From Naegleria gruberi (Eukaryota), in assembly GCA_000004985.1 (NCBI GenBank), contig GG738846.1: a DNA stretch of 64,000 bases; one strand, given 5' to 3'. Each line of letters starts with the position of its first letter. Position 1 is the first letter of the stretch. The notes under the pieces are model-generated. The model did not search any database, was not told where the DNA came from, and saw nothing but the letters and a program-made list of their open reading frames with translations. Below, piece after piece: positions 41,301-53,029 of this stretch. A program made the translations under genes and the position numbers.

Positions 41301-43065
41301 TTGGATTCTATATTTGATGACTATTTTGAGAAGAGCAGAGAAAGTGGTACTGAAAGTTTGGAAAACTTCCTTCAAACCTCCAAATCAAACACTACTGCTA
41401 TCAAACTTGATGTCAAAGATAAACTGATAGAAATGATTAACAACCAGGATGAAACTTTGAGAGCTCTCAGAAATGACAAGTCGAGATCCCTTGAAAAGTA
41501 CTACAAGTTTGTACAAACCAAGGTTCCTACTACAACCTCAGAGATGAATTTTACAGACTCTTTAGAGTTGGAACTTGCTAGATTGAAGCTCTATATCAGT
41601 CCTCACGAAAGAGATAATCTTTTGGTAGAGAATAACTATAAGATTGACAAGTTCGATCCAAATCAATATATATATACCAGAGATTCCAAAGTAGAGAAAT
41701 CTATTAGAAAATCTATGGAAACCTCCACCTGTTCCATGTGTAAGACCAGCATCAAGCTGAGAAAATCTTCATGCCGCTACTGTAGACACTCATTCTGTAA
41801 AAACTGCATGTCCAAGTCAAAGTGTGAAATTATTGAATTCAACTGGAAGAATCCTTCATCAGTATGTATTGAATGCTCATCAACAATTGCCAAGCAAAAG
41901 GAAATGATTTCTGAAATTCAAGAACATATCACAATAGAATCTGGAAAATCCAAGCTTGCAACCAAGAATATTACTAGACTTTTTACTGAGCTCTATCCAC
42001 CAATTTCCCAATCAAGAAAAATGATGAAAAAACACGAGAAGGAAACCCTATGTTCAGAATTTCCAAGTAGTGGTATTTTAAGTTCTGTAGACACAGCTGC
42101 CAATTCACCACCAATAGAATCAATTCTCTTCCCACCTGACATTTTACCTTTGGAATATTGGTATGCCCCTCCTGGTATTGATACAGTTACCATCATTATT
42201 CTTTTACAATCATATGCTAAATTATCCAAGATGGTTCTTTTGGTTGACCAATTAGGTTACACACAGGATGATGCTCCAATATTTGATATTGCCATCGGTG
42301 AGAGGTTACCAACGTTTAAAAACATCACTAAATGGACTTTGGAAGCATCTAAAGCAAATGAAATGTTAGAATTCTCTTTCAATGGAGAGGGAACATCCAA
42401 CAATACTGACTTGTGTAGATTGGTAAGACTTACTGTAAAATTACCAGAAAGAGATCCATCTAACACTTCACCTCGTATTTTGCACATTGGAAGAATTTTA
42501 CTCTATGGAAAGGTTAATGATGATTCCTCTTCTCATCATGGTAATGATGCCTTAGAGACACTTGCTCCTAAGGAGCAGCAATATTTGGACGAAATACTTC
42601 GTGCCAAACCAACCATTCAAAGAGTTCAACTCAAGACTGAATCTAAATATGTTAAGGAGAGCAATTGCATTGATGTATCGTTGGCAGAAGTTGGAACCGT
42701 AGTGTCTGGCTTTAGAATTAACCTCACTCATACACAAGACACTATTCACTCACAAGTCAAACATATCAGAGTTAGCTTTTTATATGGTGAAAATGAAAAG
42801 AGTCTTGATGTTGCCTCACAAGTAATTGTTGAGAAAATTACTGTACCAAAGGTAGAACCAGGTGCTTCTCTCATTTTTGAATTTAATAAGAATTTCAACG
42901 TGGCTGTCAAGTTGGTAAGATTTGAGTTTTTGTCTAGTAAGTATTTTCTTTTCCAAATAATAATATTAATCATTCTTTTTATAATTCATTTGAACAGCTT
43001 ATGGATGTCATGTTAATGATATTTCAATTCCTCAAATTTTCCTATTCTCAAACACTGTCCAATAA
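38392..43065 (+). CDS. Sac-domain phosphoinositide phosphatase with C-terminal FYVE-like zinc finger; at least 3 exons, 5' end unresolved
   Basis: Exons are 38392..38798, 38921..42936 and 42998..43065. The introns are 122 nt (GTAGGT..GTTAG) and 61 nt (GTAAGT..GAACAG). The Sac catalytic motif is NCADSLDRTN (CX5R[TS]). The FYVE-like finger is CSMCKTSIKLRKSSCRYCRHSFCKNC. The ORF opens directly after an in-frame TGA with no ATG, and an acceptor-like ttattcttcag lies at about 38395, so a small upstream start exon is likely and was not found. Confidence 0.7.
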
Positions 43066-43171
43066 ATTATTTATTTATTATTTTTGTTAACTAGAAAATA
43101 TTGTAACGTTCATATGAAATTTTCCCCACGAACAAATCAAAACAAATTGAATGACTGAAATTACAGATTTA

Positions 43172-45592
43172 TTAAAGTTCATCCTTTTCAACTGGTTCAG
43201 GCTTGACTTCTTCAGTCTTAACTTCTTCAACCTTCTTATTTTCCTTGGCAAGATTATTCTTATAGGCAAGTTGGGAATTTACACTAGCAATAATACGAGT
43301 AGCAAACTTGTTCTTTTCTTCAATGTCATAACCAGACAAGAGAGAAGCAGTGTCATAGACAAGGTTAATAGAGTTAGTCAATGAGTCATCGTTAACATTA
43401 TTCTTCAAGAGATCATTCATGTTTTGAATGATTGGGTGATTAGCATTGAGTTCCAAGGTTCTCAACTTCATCATCCAATCCATACCACCTTGTTCTTGTC
43501 CCAAAGCTTGAGCCTTCATAATTCTGGCCATGTTAGCAGAGACACCGAATGAGGAAGAAACCAAAACGGCTGGTGCAGAGGAGAGTCTATTAGAAATGGT
43601 AACCTTTGAAACCTTTTCCTTCAAGAGCATTTGAGCAATAGAAGTCAAAGTTTCAAATTCCTTAGTCAAGGATTCCAAATCCTTCTTCTTCTTTTCGAGA
43701 TCTTCATCTGGGAACTTGACATCTTCCTTAGCAATACTTTGAATCTTCATGCCTTGATATTCAGTAACTTGTTGAGTCATGTATTCATCCAATGGATCAA
43801 TCATGTAAATAACTTCCAAATCTCTAGTCTTGAATTCTTCCATGTGTGGAGAGGATTCAACTTCCTTCATATCCATACCAGAAATAAAGTAAATTTGTTC
43901 TTGCTTTTCCTTCTTTCTAGCAACATATTCGTCCAAACTAATTGATTCATTGGTCTTTGAAGTAGTGAAACGCAACATGGAGACAAGCTTTTTACGTTGC
44001 TTTTCATCTTCAATAACACCTAACTTGATGTTCTTTCCGAATTCCTTCCAGAACTTTTCATACTTGGTCAACTTGACTTCTTCCTTCTTTTCTTCACCTT
44101 CCTTAGATTCTTCCTTCTTTTCTTCTCTTTCCTTTCTTTCAGCCTTATCTTGTTCAGACAATTCGTGCAAGATTTGAATAGCCTTAGCCAACAACTTCTT
44201 CTTGATCATGGCCAACAACTTGCTATGTTGAAGAGTTTCTCTGGAAACATTGAGTGGTAAATCTTCAGAATCAACCAAACCCTTAATGAAATTCAAATAT
44301 CTTGGCAATAAATCTTCACCTTGATCAGTAATGAAAACTCTCTTGACGTACAACTTGATATTGTTAGTCTTTTGAGTGAAATCAAACATGTTGTATGGAG
44401 CCTTAGCTGGAACATACAAGAGTGACTTGAATTCAACTTGACCTTCAGCAGAGAACAAATCCCACATCATTGGATCTTCAGTAGCAGCAGTCATTGCTCT
44501 ATAGAATTGAATATATTCTTCTTCGGTAATGTTAGATGGTGATCTCAACCAGAGTGGCTTATTTTCATTCATAATATTCCATTCTTCAACAGTCTTTTCA
44601 ACCTTCTTGGTCTTTGGAGCAGCTGGAGTTTCTTCAGTCTTCTTTTCTTCTTCAACCTTAACTTCTTCAGTGGTTTCTGGAGTAGTGGTTTCTTCAGTAG
44701 TAGTTTCAGTAGTAGTTGTTGTTTCTTCTTCTTCAATTGGAACTTCTTCAGTTTCAGTTCTAACTTCGTGCAAGTAAATTGGGAAGTGGATGAATGAGCT
44801 GTACTTCTTGATCAATTCCTTCAATTTGGTGGCACTAGTGTAATCCTTAGCATCATCCTTCAAGTAGATGGTAATTTCACTACCTCTCTTCAAAGTATCA
44901 CCTCTTGGATCTTCAATAATAGTGAAAGTGTTATCAGCAGTACTAGTCCAGATCAATTGCTTGTCATCATTGTTTTTAGTGGTGACAACAACCTTTGAAG
45001 CAACCAAAAAGACAGAGTAGAAACCAACACCGAATTGACCAATCAAGGCAGAATCAGAAGTTTGAGCTTCCTTTTGGATCTTTTCAATAAAAGCCTTGGT
45101 TCCTGACTTGGCAATGGTACCCAAGTTATTAATCAAATCTTGCTTGGTCATACCAATACCAGAATCTCTAATCTTCAAAATATTGTTAGTGGTATCAGCC
45201 CAAACTCTAATTTCAAGTTCTGGATAGGCATTCAAAGCACTACTATCAGTCAAACTCAAGAATCTAATCTTGTTAAGAGCATCGGAGGCATTAGAAATTA
45301 ATTCTCTCAAGAAGATATCCTTGTTAGAGTAGAGTGAGTTAATAAGAATACCAAGCAATTGATTAATTTCAGCTTGGAATTGATGTTGTTCTTGTTGTGT
45401 GGATTGAGCGTTCAAAATTTGTTCCAATTCATCGGTAACTGTGGAGGTTGATCCAGCAGTGTTTGTATTTTCTACGGTAGGTTCTGTTGATGATGTTTCA
45501 GCACGAACTCCTCCCATCAGGAAGAGTTGGAAAGACAATGTACCCAACAATAACAAGACTAGGGTTAAACAAAGCACGGAATGTTTTCTCAT
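43172..45592 (-). CDS. endoplasmin / GRP94 (ER-resident Hsp90 paralogue)
   Basis: Signal peptide MRKHSVLCLTLVLLLLGTLS; Hsp90 N-terminal signature YSNKDIFLRELISNASDALNKIR; ATP-lid GQFGVGFYS; charged linker; C-terminal ER-retention KDEL. Confidence 0.9.
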   Translation of the reverse strand: MRKHSVLCLTLVLLLLGTLSFQLFLMGGVRAETSSTEPTVENTNTAGSTSTVTDELEQILNAQSTQQEQHQFQAEINQLLGILINSLYSNKDIFLRELISNASDALNKIRFLSLTDSSALNAYPELEIRVWADTTNNILKIRDSGIGMTKQDLINNLGTIAKSGTKAFIEKIQKEAQTSDSALIGQFGVGFYSVFLVASKVVVTTKNNDDKQLIWTSTADNTFTIIEDPRGDTLKRGSEITIYLKDDAKDYTSATKLKELIKKYSSFIHFPIYLHEVRTETEEVPIEEEETTTTTETTTEETTTPETTEEVKVEEEKKTEETPAAPKTKKVEKTVEEWNIMNENKPLWLRSPSNITEEEYIQFYRAMTAATEDPMMWDLFSAEGQVEFKSLLYVPAKAPYNMFDFTQKTNNIKLYVKRVFITDQGEDLLPRYLNFIKGLVDSEDLPLNVSRETLQHSKLLAMIKKKLLAKAIQILHELSEQDKAERKEREEKKEESKEGEEKKEEVKLTKYEKFWKEFGKNIKLGVIEDEKQRKKLVSMLRFTTSKTNESISLDEYVARKKEKQEQIYFISGMDMKEVESSPHMEEFKTRDLEVIYMIDPLDEYMTQQVTEYQGMKIQSIAKEDVKFPDEDLEKKKKDLESLTKEFETLTSIAQMLLKEKVSKVTISNRLSSAPAVLVSSSFGVSANMARIMKAQALGQEQGGMDWMMKLRTLELNANHPIIQNMNDLLKNNVNDDSLTNSINLVYDTASLLSGYDIEEKNKFATRIIASVNSQLAYKNNLAKENKKVEEVKTEEVKPEPVEKDEL

Positions 45593-45869
45593 TCTCGTTC
45601 GTTTTTTGTTGTTTCTCGAATTTTTTTAAAGTTGTTTTTTGCTGGGTGGTGCAAAACAAGCCTCTTTTTCAAATTCCGAAGTGTTAAAAACACGTGTTTG
45701 ATGGAACGTAGAGACAATTCCGAGTAGTTTAAGATCCTCTCTTTACTATTCACCTTATCTTTTCAGATTACAACCTGCCAATTGTTATCTATTTTCTTTT
45801 TATTCGTTATCTTTGAATATATTTATGTGTTAAATTTAGGATACTTTACAAGTTTTATTTGGAGAAAAA

Positions 45870-46732
45870 TTATTCTTTAATTTTCATAATTGGGTGACTT
45901 TCAATATTGTGCATATCATTGAGAATGGTGGCAACTGAGAGACGTAATTTGTGGAATTGTTCCAAAGTTACTTCCATAGTGACAATTCTTGAATTGGACA
46001 ATTCAAATTGCAATAAAATCAATGGTTTGAAAACCTTACTCATTACTGAATTACTGATAGTGACATCAACTCTCCACCTTACATTCACAATATGGTTAAA
46101 CCAACCAGTTTTATCAGTACTGAGAGCCATAAATTGCTCCTTCTTTGTTTCGTAAGCTTCCACAAATAAATTAATTAAATCTTCATCAAAATCCATTTCC
46201 TTCAATTGATCTTTCAAATATGTTATTTTAATTCTTTGTCTGATCATGGATCTAAGAATAATATAAAATCCTAATTAATTTGTAATAGTTTCGAAATGGA
46301 TATTAAATAATTTAAATATTAAAATAATAGGAAATTACCTGTAAATATCACTGAAAATAATCCAGTCTTGATCGAATAATCAATTTGTTCTTGTACATGT
46401 TTAGATTTCTTCTTTTGTTTTTCCCATGAAGACTTTAATTCTCGTTCTAATTGCCCATTAAGTGGAATGGCTAATTCTTCTTGTTTATCTTTCAATAATT
46501 CTCCAGTTAGGAATTTAATAACAAGTGATAACACTCTAGTGAGGGATCTCTTTGATATGTGAGGAAGAAGTGGTAATATTCTCAACACTTCAACGGGTAT
46601 CTTATCACCTATTATTTAATAATAATAATAATATTAATCCGATCCAATTTCCCATTTAACAATTATCATGACACAATTAATATCATCACACAGCAATCAC
46701 CTACCCAAAAATACGACTTCATCCAAAACCAT
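45870..46732 (-). CDS. COMM-domain protein (COMMD family); 3 exons
   Basis: Exons are complement(46705..46732) (MVLDEVVFL, end approximate), complement(46339..46608) and complement(45870..46270). Introns are 96 and 68 nt (GTAGGT and GTAATT donors). The C-terminal exon carries a COMM-like block (WFNHIVNVRWRVDVTISNS..KPLILLQFELSN..TMEVTLEQFHKLRLSVATILNDM). Confidence 0.55.
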
Positions 46733-46836
46733 TTTTTATTATTATTAATTTTTTAAAAAAGTATTGAAAAAATCTTCTTTGTGGATTTTCAAAGCTCAAT
46801 AAAAAGAACAGATTATTTGCGTTGGTGAATGATGTT

Positions 46837-47752
46837 TCATTTGTAATGTCTTTTAAAATCATGCCATTGAAATGCTGTATTATTTACAATGTTATTATTT
46901 GAAACATTATGCTGTTGTGATGGAGATGTAATAGTTCTTTTCCTTTTCTTTTCATCTTCCAAAACTTCCTCTTCTCCAATCTCTGTGTTGATTAGAGACA
47001 CTTCCTTTGGTAAATGTACTATTTCCTTGTTAGACTTGTTTTTTCCCCTCTGAGGTGAACGAACAACAGTTCTAAACCTTGGAGATTTGAAAGTTAGTAA
47101 CAATGCAGAGTCATTGAAGATATTTACATTCAATCTGAATTTGTCAACTGTTTGATCACTACTAGTTTCTCTAAATCTGAATTCCAATTTAGCTTTTGTG
47201 TAGCCATGCTATTATGTAAAGTCCACATATACATGACAGATGTGTACATGAACAATCATTTAATGCATGCAGAAACATGAAAAGAAAAGTAACATTACTT
47301 TAAATAGAAACCAAACAACATACCTTTGAAACATCTAAATCTTGACAACACCTTCCCTTAATACCTCGTTTTCCCTTTCTCTCACTCTTTACACAAACGA
47401 TTGGAGTATTGGTCATTCCACACACCAGTTCCACTTGTACCCACAAGTTCAAATTGCAATTCACAGTACATACTCGAAGAGTGTACTTAAGAGAGCTCAA
47501 CAAGTGATTTTCACCATTATATACCTCAAATATCAAATTCTTTGTTGATATGACAACTTCGTCTGGTGTGAGTAAAGGTTGTTGATCAAAGGCGTCATAG
47601 TTTTGGAGACCAACTATGCAATCTTCCTCCGAAAAGAAGGATGGTACATACACTTTCGAAGTGCCTCCAGTGTTGTACCTCTTCTTACTAATTTCATGAA
47701 TTAAATTCGGAGAATTGTGATGTTGTTGATAAGTGGTTGTTTGTTGTTCCAT
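46837..47752 (-). CDS. hypothetical protein; 2 exons
   Basis: Exons are complement(47324..47752) and complement(46837..47208), joined by a 115-nt GTATGT..ATAATAG intron (phase 0). It reads ..CCQDLDVSK|HGYTKAKLEFRF... Beta-rich N-terminal region and K/E-rich tail. No family recognised. Confidence 0.45.
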
Positions 47753-48276
47753 TTGTTTTCATACCCAATTCCTACTGATGAGTGTTATAGAGAGGTTGAT
47801 TACGAAAGTGCTAAACAGCAGCCTTATTCACCTTTTTATTTTTCTCAAAACAAGAAGAAATGTATTGTTGGGACCGTTGCTTGTTGGTGTTGTTGATTGA
47901 GTTTGCCCCCAACTAACCAACAAACTACTACTCAAAAAGGTGTTCAACAATACTGAATCGAGCGAGGAATTCACAATACATTTAAACAAACAGTGTGGGG
48001 CAGTTCATTAAAGAGAGTAAATTTAATTACCAGCATTATTGTGATTCCTGGTGATTGTATTTCTATTGATATGAAGGCAATTGATATGAAACATTGAGAA
48101 TTAGATTTTATTGTGAAAGGACGATTACATTTTGAACATGGGAAAACTTGTTTGCCTTTTCAAATTCTACCGTAGTGAATTAACTTCTTTAGGGAGTGTG
48201 AAAACTCGGTTGAACACATATTATTCAATTCACACAGAGTGGATTTTCAGCACTTTTGAGGATACGCAAAATAACT

Positions 48277-49251
48277 TTATTTCTTTTGGACAACTGTTTG
48301 ATTAATTTGACCAAAGATTGAAACCTTATTATTATCAAACATTTCCAATTGAATTCTATCACCAAACTTCATGAATGGAGTTGTAAATTGACCAGTTTCA
48401 ATCTTTTCAATCATTCTCTTTTCAGCAATACATGAACTACCACGTGATTGATCTTCATTACTGACAGTACCGCTTCCAATTATAGTACCAGCAGTGAGAG
48501 CACGAGTTTGTGTAACGTGTTGAATTAAATCATGGAATGAGAAGAACATTTCTGGTCCAGCATTTGGATTACCAAACAATTTACCATTCAAATGTGAAAT
48601 CAAATCACCATGACATCTGCCATCCTTCCACAATTCACCCAATTCATCCAAAGTAACAGCAAAAGGTGAGAAACTACTAGATGGCTTTGAAACAAAGAAT
48701 CCGAATTGTTTTTCCAATTCCTTTGGAATTAAATTACGTAAAGAAACATCATTACAAATCATGACCAATTTGATATATTGACCAGCTTGATCAGCTTTAG
48801 TACCCATTGGCACATCCTTTACAATAACAGCAACTTCACCTTCAAAATCAATTCCATAATCTTCACTAAAATGTTCAACATCTTGATTTGGTCCAATAAA
48901 AGTGCCACTTCCTCCTTGATAAACTAATGGATCTGTACGGAGTGTTTCTGGAGGTTGAGCATTACGTGCTTTACGAACAAGAACAATGTGATTAATGTAT
49001 GCACTACCATCGATCCATTCATAGGAACGTGGAAGTGGAGCCATTAAATTTTGTGATGACAATTCATGAGTGAATTGTATGGTCTTGTATAATTCTTCAA
49101 CTTTTGGATATAAATTATCCCAATCATCTAATAATTGTTGCATGGTTGTACTGATTTCGCTTGGGACTTCGGCATAGTGTGTACCTTCCTTGTTGACAAT
49201 GATTAATCTGCCATCTCTGGTTTGGTTTTTCAAGGTTGCGAATTTAACCAT
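48277..49251 (-). CDS. fumarylacetoacetate hydrolase (FAH) family enzyme (FAHD/acylpyruvase-like, single domain)
   Basis: 324-aa ORF with FAH-fold blocks (DFEGEVAVIVKDVPMG; LVMICNDVSLRNLIPKE; GTIIGSGTVSNED; KFGDRIQLEMFD). It lacks the N-terminal domain of true fumarylacetoacetase. Confidence 0.75.
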   Translation of the reverse strand: MVKFATLKNQTRDGRLIIVNKEGTHYAEVPSEISTTMQQLLDDWDNLYPKVEELYKTIQFTHELSSQNLMAPLPRSYEWIDGSAYINHIVLVRKARNAQPPETLRTDPLVYQGGSGTFIGPNQDVEHFSEDYGIDFEGEVAVIVKDVPMGTKADQAGQYIKLVMICNDVSLRNLIPKELEKQFGFFVSKPSSSFSPFAVTLDELGELWKDGRCHGDLISHLNGKLFGNPNAGPEMFFSFHDLIQHVTQTRALTAGTIIGSGTVSNEDQSRGSSCIAEKRMIEKIETGQFTTPFMKFGDRIQLEMFDNNKVSIFGQINQTVVQKK

Positions 49252-49468
49252 TTTTCTTGTTTGTGTGGGTGTTGTTATAAAGATGGAGGTGGCTTATTTT
49301 TTTTGAAAGTGAATTTGGTAGGTACTGGAGCTTTGAAAGATTCGCAGTCGTTGAGATTAAGTTTACAATGATAACAAATAAGTTATTAAATATACAATAT
49401 AAAAATTTTATTAATAAAGAGGATTGTCACAATGGAAATTTGTTGAGACCTGTATCATTATAATTTTA

Positions 49469-52400
49469 TTAAAATTTAAAACTCTTAGATCTCATCATTC
49501 TAGGTGAAGCAATACTGTCACTTGTTATCGAGGACATTTCATCATCAACCGTAATGCTAGTGTTTGTAAATGTTAAATACTTCTTCAATAGATAACGTTT
49601 AACAATCAAATTGCACTTGGTATAGATTGGTCGATTGAAGGATTTGATTCTATCTTGAATTAAGAACTGAATGCCCAAGATGGTATCATCTACATCACGA
49701 ATACCTTCAGACATTACTTCAAAACTATAAATCTTATTCTGTGTGGCAATACTAAAGCATTTGAAAGGTCTATAAATAATATTAGTATTCTTAAAAGCCT
49801 GAGAGTAAGGTCCGTAAACTATCCACTTAATATCTTTGGACAATTCAATTTTCGTTGTTTTCTTGAATAAAGACTTTCCTGATGCAGAGATGGAAAGGCA
49901 CTTTGAGTCTCTATCTAGTTTGAGTATTCTTTTGTGGACTTTATACTTCTTCTTCTTAATGTCATAATCGTGCAAGTAACAATTAATACCCTTCTTAACT
50001 CTCAGAAGCCTACTTGGTTCACCTTTGAGTAATATCTTGCTTGGTGTTAACAGTTCAACTCTTGGTGAGTCCAACTCATTATGATTTGGAATTGACAAAC
50101 TTAGAGGTGAGGAAAGCCTAGTGGTAGGGGATTTAGTTGGGGTAAAAGCAAATGAATTTTCGGAACTTAGGGTTGTATCAAGGAAGCTTTGAATAATGCT
50201 AAACTCATCTTCAGGTACATCGACAACAGAGTATGTGGGTGGAGTTGGTTTAGGTTGATTTTCCTCAATTACTGCTACAATTTCTGGTATTTCAATAAGG
50301 GGCTGCTCATTGTCTTCAATAAGAAAATCTTCCATTTCTTTGGGTATTTCAATATTAATACTATTGTTTTGACTATTTGGCTGACTTCCTCTATTAAATT
50401 GTTCAATTACTTCATCCTCTAGTGTTGTTAACAAGTCATGGTCCTCAATTTCACTTTCTTCAACAATGAAATCTTTGAATGGTGATCTTTGCTGTTCATC
50501 CTCTTCTTCTCCAACAAAATCATTGGTTAAATATAATAGATCCTCTTCTTGACTTGGGGATGGATCATTTCGATATTGTTGAGGAGAATTTTCATCATAA
50601 TCATGGAGGAAATCATTCTCTTGTTTTGGAGATAAATCATTTACAATTCGAAAGGGAGGACTTGGTGGGTTTCTATTTGGAAGTAATGTATGGTTATGTG
50701 GAGGTGAAAAATCCACCACTAGAGCAGATTCTTCCTTTCCAATTGGAGAGATTGGATGGTCATCTTCCTCGACTGTTAGAGTTATATCACTCGAAGAATC
50801 ATCTGAATCATTGTTGTACTCTTCAACGTGAGTGGACTTACAAAGGAAAGGAACATTCTTGGTTGGGGAAGTATAGACATGTGGGGAAGTATACTCTTTT
50901 CTTGCATTTACGTCATTCAGATGTTTCAAGTGCTCGAGTTCTTCCTTCAACTTTTTTTGCATGTTTAGCTTTTCTAATATAAGGTTGTTCGTTGTTGGTG
51001 GGGAGTATTTAGTTTGGGGAGTTTGGTTTTGTGTAGATGTTGAGGCTGGTTTTGGGGGAGCATATTTTTGTAATTGACTAATGAAAGACAGCAACGTTTG
51101 GTTTGGTTTTCTGTTAAGAGTCGAGCTAGGGTTGAATTCCTGTTTGGGCTGCATTTGGAAAGACGGGTTGAAATCAATAACGATTGGTTTTGAGCTTGGA
51201 ACGTTTGATTTTGGTTCCTGTTTGGGGGTTACTGATTTTTTAACTGGTGAAGTCCTTGGAGGTGTATTATTCTTAGTTGAGGCAGGAATATCAAATGTAA
51301 CACTCGGTCTTGCCTCCTTCAACTGTTGATTATTATCTGCTCTAGTTTTGACCTGAATAGGAGAAGGAGTTGAACGAGTTACATCTTCTAATACTCTATT
51401 TGGTGACCTCTGTTTGGTTGGTGAGAGATGTATGGTTTTGATTGGACTATTGATATTGTCCAGAATCTTTTTCTTTTCGTTAAGTTTCATCTCTATTTGC
51501 ATTAGTTCCTTCTCTAGCTCTTCTTCATCAAAGAAATCGTCTGAATCCTGAATATCCTCTTTCAAAGAATCAATATTGCTGGGTTCTTCTCGATCTAATG
51601 GTGTCTCCATACCTGTATTGGTGTTCAGTATTTTTAGAAGAGGATTTGCTTCGTCAAGCTCAATGTTTTCCTCATCAAGAGCCTGAACAATTTGTTTTGT
51701 GATAATCTCTTTCTTCTCTGGGCCGGATTTGATGGTTTTTAAATTGAGGTTGGAATCTTTTTGAGGTGAAAGTGATGATTTCGTTTGAGCGATTACCTTG
51801 TTGCTATGTTGATGACTAGTTGTGTTGAATGAAGCTGACTCTTCCACAGGAATACCTGTAATTTCCATTCGTACTCTATCCAGATAATCCTTATTTGAAA
51901 CAATTGCATCCTCCAAAGTTACTGAGACGTGCTTTATGCGGTGTGTATTGGCAAAAGTATGAGAGCCAATAAATGTTAATTGTAAGAATCGTAGAATATT
52001 CTGCTCTGGAATTATAAACGTGTCTGGAAGTAAGTCAATTGAGTTCTCAAAAATCCAATTATCATTAATCGTTTTAAATCCAAAATTTGGATGATGAGAG
52101 GTTGATATTACACATTTCTTTGGTTTTCCATTATGAGATGAGTACACTGTAATTCTAACCACTTTCTCACAAGGACCTATCTTTTTCCTTGTCAATGTAT
52201 TTGAAATGCTTTGTAATTCCAAAGTACATGACGACATGTCGGTCTTACTAATATTAGTGATCCACATTTGATTACTCTTATTGATATTGACTACATCCTT
52301 AATATATCGTTCCGAGATTACCTTATGGCAATTACTTCCAGTACTGTTGATTAGAGATTTGATAATATTTTCAATAACCATTGTGTTCATACTTGATGTA

Positions 52401-52810
52401 GTATTGTTAGTACTAATGTTATCATGGGCTTCCGAATTTAATATCGCCTGTTCATTCAACGATGGTTCTTTGTAATGATGTAACAAGGACAGTATATTAA
52501 AATCCTGTGATGATGGAATAGTATGATTGGATTTTGTTATGGAAATAGGAGATCTGTTCTTTTTTGTATTTTTAGAAAGGTATTGTCTTTCTATTTGTTC
52601 TAATAAATCATCGTTTAGGTAATCATTAAGCAAATCATTATTAAGGTTTGATGAATATTGAAAATTGGAACCTTCTTGTATAACTAGTTGTCTTGATACA
52701 TCCTTTTCCACTTCAAGAGATCGGGAGGGAGTAGAAGTTACCTCCTCATAATTCAAATACTCTTCCCGAACATTTTGTTTTGAATTTTTTGAGGTTCGAC
52801 CTTGAATCAT
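49469..52810 (-). CDS. hypothetical S/P/N-rich protein with possible C-terminal PH-like domain
   Basis: 1113-aa uninterrupted ORF with proline-rich low complexity. The C-terminal about 150 aa (KKGINCYLHDYDIKKKKYKVHKRILKLDRDSKCLSI..IVYGPYSQAFKN..YSFEVMSE) are PH-like. Weak call. Confidence 0.45.
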   Translation of the reverse strand: MIQGRTSKNSKQNVREEYLNYEEVTSTPSRSLEVEKDVSRQLVIQEGSNFQYSSNLNNDLLNDYLNDDLLEQIERQYLSKNTKKNRSPISITKSNHTIPSSQDFNILSLLHHYKEPSLNEQAILNSEAHDNISTNNTTSSMNTMVIENIIKSLINSTGSNCHKVISERYIKDVVNINKSNQMWITNISKTDMSSCTLELQSISNTLTRKKIGPCEKVVRITVYSSHNGKPKKCVISTSHHPNFGFKTINDNWIFENSIDLLPDTFIIPEQNILRFLQLTFIGSHTFANTHRIKHVSVTLEDAIVSNKDYLDRVRMEITGIPVEESASFNTTSHQHSNKVIAQTKSSLSPQKDSNLNLKTIKSGPEKKEIITKQIVQALDEENIELDEANPLLKILNTNTGMETPLDREEPSNIDSLKEDIQDSDDFFDEEELEKELMQIEMKLNEKKKILDNINSPIKTIHLSPTKQRSPNRVLEDVTRSTPSPIQVKTRADNNQQLKEARPSVTFDIPASTKNNTPPRTSPVKKSVTPKQEPKSNVPSSKPIVIDFNPSFQMQPKQEFNPSSTLNRKPNQTLLSFISQLQKYAPPKPASTSTQNQTPQTKYSPPTTNNLILEKLNMQKKLKEELEHLKHLNDVNARKEYTSPHVYTSPTKNVPFLCKSTHVEEYNNDSDDSSSDITLTVEEDDHPISPIGKEESALVVDFSPPHNHTLLPNRNPPSPPFRIVNDLSPKQENDFLHDYDENSPQQYRNDPSPSQEEDLLYLTNDFVGEEEDEQQRSPFKDFIVEESEIEDHDLLTTLEDEVIEQFNRGSQPNSQNNSINIEIPKEMEDFLIEDNEQPLIEIPEIVAVIEENQPKPTPPTYSVVDVPEDEFSIIQSFLDTTLSSENSFAFTPTKSPTTRLSSPLSLSIPNHNELDSPRVELLTPSKILLKGEPSRLLRVKKGINCYLHDYDIKKKKYKVHKRILKLDRDSKCLSISASGKSLFKKTTKIELSKDIKWIVYGPYSQAFKNTNIIYRPFKCFSIATQNKIYSFEVMSEGIRDVDDTILGIQFLIQDRIKSFNRPIYTKCNLIVKRYLLKKYLTFTNTSITVDDEMSSITSDSIASPRMMRSKSFKF

Positions 52811-52906
52811 TTTTTTTATTTCTAACTGATAACAATTTTAGGCGGGAAATTGTTTTTCTCTCCTAAAACTGTTAAACAAGGTGGAATTTCTCTAACTTTA
52901 ATTTTA

Positions 52907-52939
52907 AATTTGAAAAATAGTGCTCAAAGGGAAATGAAC
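52907..52939 (+). repeat. about 33-nt intergenic motif aatttgaaaaatagtgctcaaagggaaatgaac, repeated at 54960..54993 (aatttgaaaaatagtgctcaaacggaaaatgaac)
   Basis: A 22-nt exact match plus a 10/11 match, both on the + strand. Each sits 100-300 nt upstream of the start codon of a minus-strand gene (52810 and 54681). Possible shared promoter element or small repeat. Confidence 0.5.
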
Positions 52940-53029
52940 AGAACTTCCTCTGTGTAGACCGATGGCATGACGACCATACTGAACTGCAATAAGTGCACCT
53001 CTATCATTCAATTTAGGAAATCTCTTATT